This document shows positions 59,150-64,000 of a stretch of DNA of 64,000 nt, piece by piece. This DNA comes from Malacoraja senta (taxonomy: Eukaryota). Below the pieces are notes generated by a model, which saw nothing but the letters and a program-made list of their open reading frames with translations, was not told the DNA's origin and searched no databases. Each line of letters begins with the position of its first letter. Position 1 is the stretch's first letter. The stretch is taken from contig JAXLNO010000363.1 in NCBI GenBank assembly GCA_038087875.1, forward strand, positions 62,001 to 126,000, written 5' to 3'. Position numbers and translations under genes: made by a program.

Positions 59150-60060
59150 ACTTGCCTATGCATTTTCAAAGCAACCGCACTTGCCTTTGCATTTTCAAAG
59201 CAACCGCACTTGCCTTTGCATTTTCAAACCAAACGCACTTGCCTTTGCATTTTAAAAGCAACCTCACTTGCCTTTGCATTTTCAAAGCAAACCACCTTTT
59301 GCATTTTCAAAGCAAACCACGTTTTGCATTTTCAAAGCAAACCACCTTTTGCATTTTCAAAACAAACCACCCTCTGCATTTTCAAAAGAAACCACCTTTT
59401 GCATTTTCAAAGCAAACCTTTATGTATGTTCAAAGCAAACCATCTTTTGCATTTTCAAAGCAAACCACCTTTTGCATTTTCAAAGCAAACCACCTTTTGC
59501 ATTTTCAAAGCAAACCATCTTTTGCATTTTCAAAACAAACCACCTTTTCAAAGCAAACCACCTTTTGCATTTTCAAAGCAATCCACCTTTTAAATTTTCA
59601 AAGCAAACCACCTTTTGCATTTTCAAAGCAAACCATCTTTTGCATTTTCAAAACAAACCACCTTCTGCATTTTCAAAACAAACCACCTTCTGCATTTTCA
59701 AAACAAACCACCTTTTGAATTTCCAAAGCAAAACATTTTTCGCATTTTCAAAGCAAACCACCTTTTGCATTTTCAAAGCAAACCACCTTTTGCATTTTCA
59801 AAGCAAACCACCTTTTGCATTTTCAAAACAAACCACCCTCTGCATTTTCAAAACAAACCACCTTTTGCATTTTCAAAGCAAACCTTTATGTATGTTCAAA
59901 GCAAACCATCTTTTGCATTTTCAAAGCAAATCACCTTTTGCATTTTCAAAGCAAACCACCTTTTGCATTTTCAAAGCAAACCATCTTTTGCATTTTCAAA
60001 ACAACCCACCTTTTCAAAGCAAACCACCTTTTGCATTTACAAAGCAAACCACCTTTTAAA
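59150..60060. repeat. 25-bp minisatellite
   Basis: ttttgcattttcaaagcaaaccacc repeated. Confidence 0.95.
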
Positions 60061-60073
60061 TTTATTACAATGC

Positions 60074-61361
60074 ATACCTGCCTTCTCTCCATACCCCCTG
60101 ATCCCTTTAGCCACAAGGGCCACATCTAACTCCCTCTTAAATATAGCCAATGAACTGGCCTCAACTACCCTCTGTGGCAGAGAGTTCCACAGATTCACCA
60201 CTCTCTGTGTGAAAATGTTTTTCCTCATCTCGGTCTTAAAGGATTTCCCCCTTATCCTTAAGCTGTGACCGCTTGTCCTGGACTTCCCCAACATCGGGAA
60301 CAATCTTCCTGCATCTAGCCTGTCCAACCCCATAAGAATTTTGTACGTTTCTATAAGATCCCCTCTCAATCTCCTAAATTCTAGCGAGTATAAGCCAAGT
60401 CTATCCAGTCTTTCTTCATATGAAAGTCCTGACATCCCATGAATCAGTCTGGTGAACCTTCTCTGCACTCCCTCTATGGCTATAATGTCCTTCCTCAGAT
60501 TTGGAGACCAAAACTGTACGCAATACTCCAGGTGTGGTCTCACCAAGACCCTGTACAACTGCAGTAGAACCTCCCTGCTCCTATACTCAAATCCTCTTGC
60601 TATGAAGGCCAACATACCATTCGCTTTCTTCACTGCCTGCTGCACCTGCATGCCTACTTTCAATGACTGGTGTACCATGACACCCAGGTCTCGCTGCATC
60701 TCCCCATTTCCTAATCGGCCACCATTTAGATAATAGTCTGCCTTCCCGTTTTTGCCACCAAAGTGGATAACCTCACATTTATCCACATTATACTGCATCT
60801 GCCAAACATTTGCCCACTCACCCAGCCTATCCAAGTCACCTTGCAGTCTCCTAGCATCCTCCTCACAGCTAACACTGCCCCCCAGCTTAGTGTCATCCGC
60901 AAACTTGGAGATATTGCTTTCAATTCCCTCGTCCAGATCATTAATATAAATTGTAAATAGCTGGGGTCCCAGCACTGAGCCTTGCGGTACCCCACTAGTC
61001 ACTGCCTGCCATTGTGAAAAGGACCCGTTTACTCCTACTCTTTGCTTCCTGTTTGCCAGCCAGTTCTCTATCCACATCAATACTGAACCCCCAATACCGT
61101 GTGCTTTAAGTTTGTATACTAATCTCTTATGTGGTACCTTGTCGAAAGCCTTCTGAAAGTCCAGATACAACACATCCACTGGTTCTCCCCTATCCACTCT
61201 ACTAGTTACATCCTCGAAAAATTCTATAAGATTCGTCAGACACGATTTACCTTTCGTAAATCCATGCTGACTTTGTCCAATGATTTCACCACTTTCCAAA
61301 TGTGCTGCTATCCCATCTTTAATAACTGACTCTAGCAGTTTCCCCACTACCGATGTTAGAC
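60074..61361 (-). mobile_element. CR1-clade (HER1-like) LINE, 5'-truncated; RT and C-terminal region of ORF2
   Basis: Open frame with QHGF, YLDFQKAFDKV, SGVPQGSVLGP, KFADDTK and RPHLEYCVQFW. Confidence 0.95.
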
Positions 61362-61374
61362 TAACTGGTCTGTA

Positions 61375-61660
61375 ATTTAGTTTGGAGATACAGCGCGGAA
61401 ACAGGCCCTTCGGCCCACCGGGTCCGTGCCGACCAGCGATCCCCGTACACTAACACTATCCTACACCCACCAGGGACAATGTTTACATTTACACCCAGCC
61501 AATTAACCTGCAAACCCGCACGTCTTTGGAGTGTGGGAGGAAACCGAAGATCTCGGAGAAAACCCACGCAGGTCACGGGGAGAACGTGCAAACTCCGTAC
61601 AGACAGCACCCACGGTCGGGATTGAACCCGGGTCTCCGGCGCCGTGAGGCAGCAACTCTA
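61375..61660 (-). mobile_element. tRNA-derived SINE (HE1/V-SINE type)
   Basis: B box GGTTCAATCC, central ttcctcccacactccaaagac domain, and LINE-like tail gggccgaagggcctgtttcc...(aaact)n. Confidence 0.85.
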
Positions 61661-61664
61661 CGTC

Positions 61665-62130
61665 AAGCTTGAAAGAGCGCAGAGAAGATTTACGAGGATG
61701 TTGCCAGGACTAGAGGGTGTGAGCTACAGGGAGAGGCTGAGTAGGCTGGGTCTCTATTCCATGGAGCGCAGGAGGATGAAGTTTGATCTTATAGAGGTGG
61801 ATAAAATCATATAGATTCCCCTACTCTGGGCAAGAGACTCTGTGCCTAGAGTAGGGGAATCGAGGACCAGAGGACACGGGTTCAAGGGGAAGGGGAAAAG
61901 ATTTAATAGGAATCTGAGGGGTAACTTTTCCACACAGAGGGTGGTGGGTGTATGGAACGAGCTGCCAGAGGAGGTAGTTGAGGCTGGGACTATCCCAGTT
62001 GGACAGGTACATGGATAGGACAGGTTTGGAGGGATATGGGCCACACGCAGCCAGGTGGGACTAGTGTAGATGGGACATGTTGGCCGGTGTGGGCAAGTTG
62101 GGCCAAAGGGCCTGTTTCCACACTGTATCA
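61665..62130 (+). mobile_element. CR1-clade LINE 3' fragment with a short internal inversion
   Basis: ERAQRRFTRMLPGLEG...RTRGHGFK...RVVGVWN and SINE-shared 3' tail. Confidence 0.8.
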
Positions 62131-62201
62131 CTCGATGACTTTACAGTGTTTTTGTGCAGGGTTTAATACTGACTGCTTTTCTGACTGAATTGATTTTTCA
62201 G

Positions 62202-62318
62202 GTGAATCATGAAATGGTAAAAATAAACTTTAAACACAAAGGCAAGACCATGAAGACATCCCTGGTGATGGAGTCTACTCTGACCAAGTCGGTCTACGTT
62301 AAAGTTCCCAAGCCATGA
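62202..62318 (+). pseudogene. Caspase-14-like terminal coding exon, orphaned (VNHEMVKINFKHKGKTMKTSLVMESTLTKSVYVKVPKP*)
   Basis: tgatttttcAG acceptor, phase 0, TGA at 62316-62318, AATAAA at 62444-62449. Resembles the caspase-14 C-terminus VTRRMAE...GKARKTNPEIQSTLRKRLYL. Confidence 0.85.
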
Positions 62319-63578
62319 AATACTTTGTAAAAGCACAATCAGCTTTCAAAGTCCTCTCAAACCACAAAATCTCTCTGTAACTGCGAGATTTTTCGCATCA
62401 ACCTCACACCTTGAGTAGAACGATTTAAATCTGTATGCATTGTAATAAACTGATGGAGGGACACACTGTGGTGGTGGTACTGATGGAGGGACACACTGTG
62501 GTGGTGGTACTGATGGAGGGACACACTGTGGTGGTGGTACTGATGGAGGGACACACTGTGGTGGTGGTACTGATGGAGGGACACACTGTGGTGGTACTGA
62601 TGGAGGGGACACACTGTGGTGGTACTGATGGAGGGGACACACTGTGGTGGTGGTACTGATGGAGGGACACACTGTGGTGGTACTGATGGAGGGACACACT
62701 GTGGTGGTGGTACTGATGGAGGGACACACTGTGGTGGTACTGATGGAGGGACACACTGTGGTGGTACTGATGGAGGGACACACTGTGGTGGTGGTACTGA
62801 TGGAGGGACACACTGTGGTGGTGGTACTGATGGAGGGACACACTGTGGTGGTACTGATGGAGGGACACACTGTGGTGGTGGTACTGATGGAGGGACAAAC
62901 TGTGGTGGTACTGATGGAGGGACACACTGTGGTGGTGGTACTGATGGAGGGACACACTGTGGTGGTGGTACTGATGGAGGGGCACACTGTGGTGGTGGTA
63001 CTGATGGAGGGGACACACTGTGGTGGTACTGATGGAGGGGACACACTGTGGTGGTGGTACTGATGGAGGACACACTGTGGTACTGATGGAGGGGACACAC
63101 TGTGGTGGTACTGATGGAGGGACACACTGTGGTGGTACTGATGGAGGGGACACACTGTGGTGGTACTGATGGAGGGGACACACTGTGGTGGTACTGATGG
63201 AGGGGCACACTGTGGTGGTGGTACTGATGGAGGGACACACTGTGGTGGTGGTACTGATGGAGGGACACACTGTGGTGGTACTGATGGAGGGACACACTGT
63301 GGAGTATTACTGATAGCGTGACACACTGTGGAGTAGTAATCTGGGGTAGTACTTATAGTGACAGATTTTCATATCGTTTCGAGGATTCTTTCCTTTAGTC
63401 ACTCTGATTGAAGACACGGGTTCAGGAGTTAATCGAAACGCATTCACGAGCTCTCCCCGAGACATTCAATGCCGTCGAAAGGGAAATCTTCCAAACACAG
63501 TCTCTTGATTAATAGTTTCTTTAGTGTAGTAGCAAAAACAGTAAGATATTCATCCAAACATCTTCTTGTATAACTACA

Positions 63579-64000
63579 CTAGACTAAGTGAGACCCGTTG
63601 GATCCCAGCTTCACACAGGAGGGCTGGTCCCACAAAGCAATTTTCCACCTCTCCACCAATTCCAATATTGCTGGCCTGTGGGGGGGGGGGTGTTTACTGG
63701 ACCACTAACATCGGTTTTGTGGGCCGAATGGATTCTTGGGCTGGCAGCTCAGAAACTCAGGCCTGGTGGGCTGGCAGCTCAGAAACTCAGGCCTGGTGGG
63801 CTGGCAGCTCAGAAACTCAGGCCTGGTGGGCTGGCAGCTCAGAAACTCAGGCCTGGTGGGCTGGCAGCTCAGAAACTCAGGCCTGGTGGGCTGGCAGCTC
63901 AGAAACTCAGGCCTGGTGGGCTGGCAGCTCAGAAACTCAGGCCTGGTGGGCTGGCAGCTCAGAAACTGCCAGAAATTCTACTGAAAACAGGTGACAGAGT
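63579..64000 (-). mobile_element. Duplicate Helitron-like 3' end
   Basis: Same hairpin and CTAG, with the same flank as 56135. Confidence 0.6.
63737..63968. repeat. 30-bp minisatellite (~8 copies; ~3 copies at 56288-56368)
   Basis: gggctggcagctcagaaactcaggcctggt. Confidence 0.92.

Larger units (their letters stand above)
56135..60060 (-). mobile_element. Non-autonomous Helitron-like element (3' end at 56135; right boundary uncertain)
   Basis: Minus strand ends gggatcc-aac-gggtctc hairpin, 7 nt, CTAG|T; interior filled with minisatellites; no Rep/helicase ORF. Confidence 0.6.

Noticed and set aside
60037..61347. Autonomous active LINE
   Set aside because: Lacks the endonuclease, ORF1 and the 3' tail.
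61600..61660. tRNA gene
   Set aside because: This is the tRNA-derived head of a SINE; no complete cloverleaf.
55040..63326. Long ORFs (200-444 aa) over the 25-, 30- and 40-bp repeats
   Set aside because: Minisatellite translations, open in several frames and on both strands.

Overview
Repeat-dense vertebrate genomic DNA, inferred to be from a cartilaginous fish (skate/ray-like): it carries HER1/CR1-type LINEs, HE1/V-type tRNA SINEs, Penelope-derived fold-backs and a chondrichthyan-type GPR139-like receptor. Main contents: (1) one intact two-exon class A GPCR gene on the minus strand (exon 1 54134-54209, exon 2 50854-51761, 327 aa, TATA box upstream); (2) scattered, duplicated exons of a caspase-14-like gene, only partly visible in the ORF track: Pro-rich linker exon x3, YDMS..ALILC exon x2, GYVAYR small-subunit exon x2, and a terminal STLTK exon as one intact and one deleted copy, with no catalytic His/QACRG exon in the called sequence; (3) a ~1.4-kb composite macrosatellite (~21 units in four blocks, two subfamilies, ~29 kb) whose unit holds microsatellites, a direct-repeat-flanked complex core and two exon-like cassettes; (4) a Helitron-like element with a canonical 3' end carrying several minisatellites; (5) Penelope-type minimal hammerhead ribozyme motifs; (6) nested segmental duplications and a 200-N gap. 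Homology calls come from reading translations by eye, not from database searches. Repeat boundaries are approximate, and homopolymer/microsatellite indels suggest imperfect polishing.
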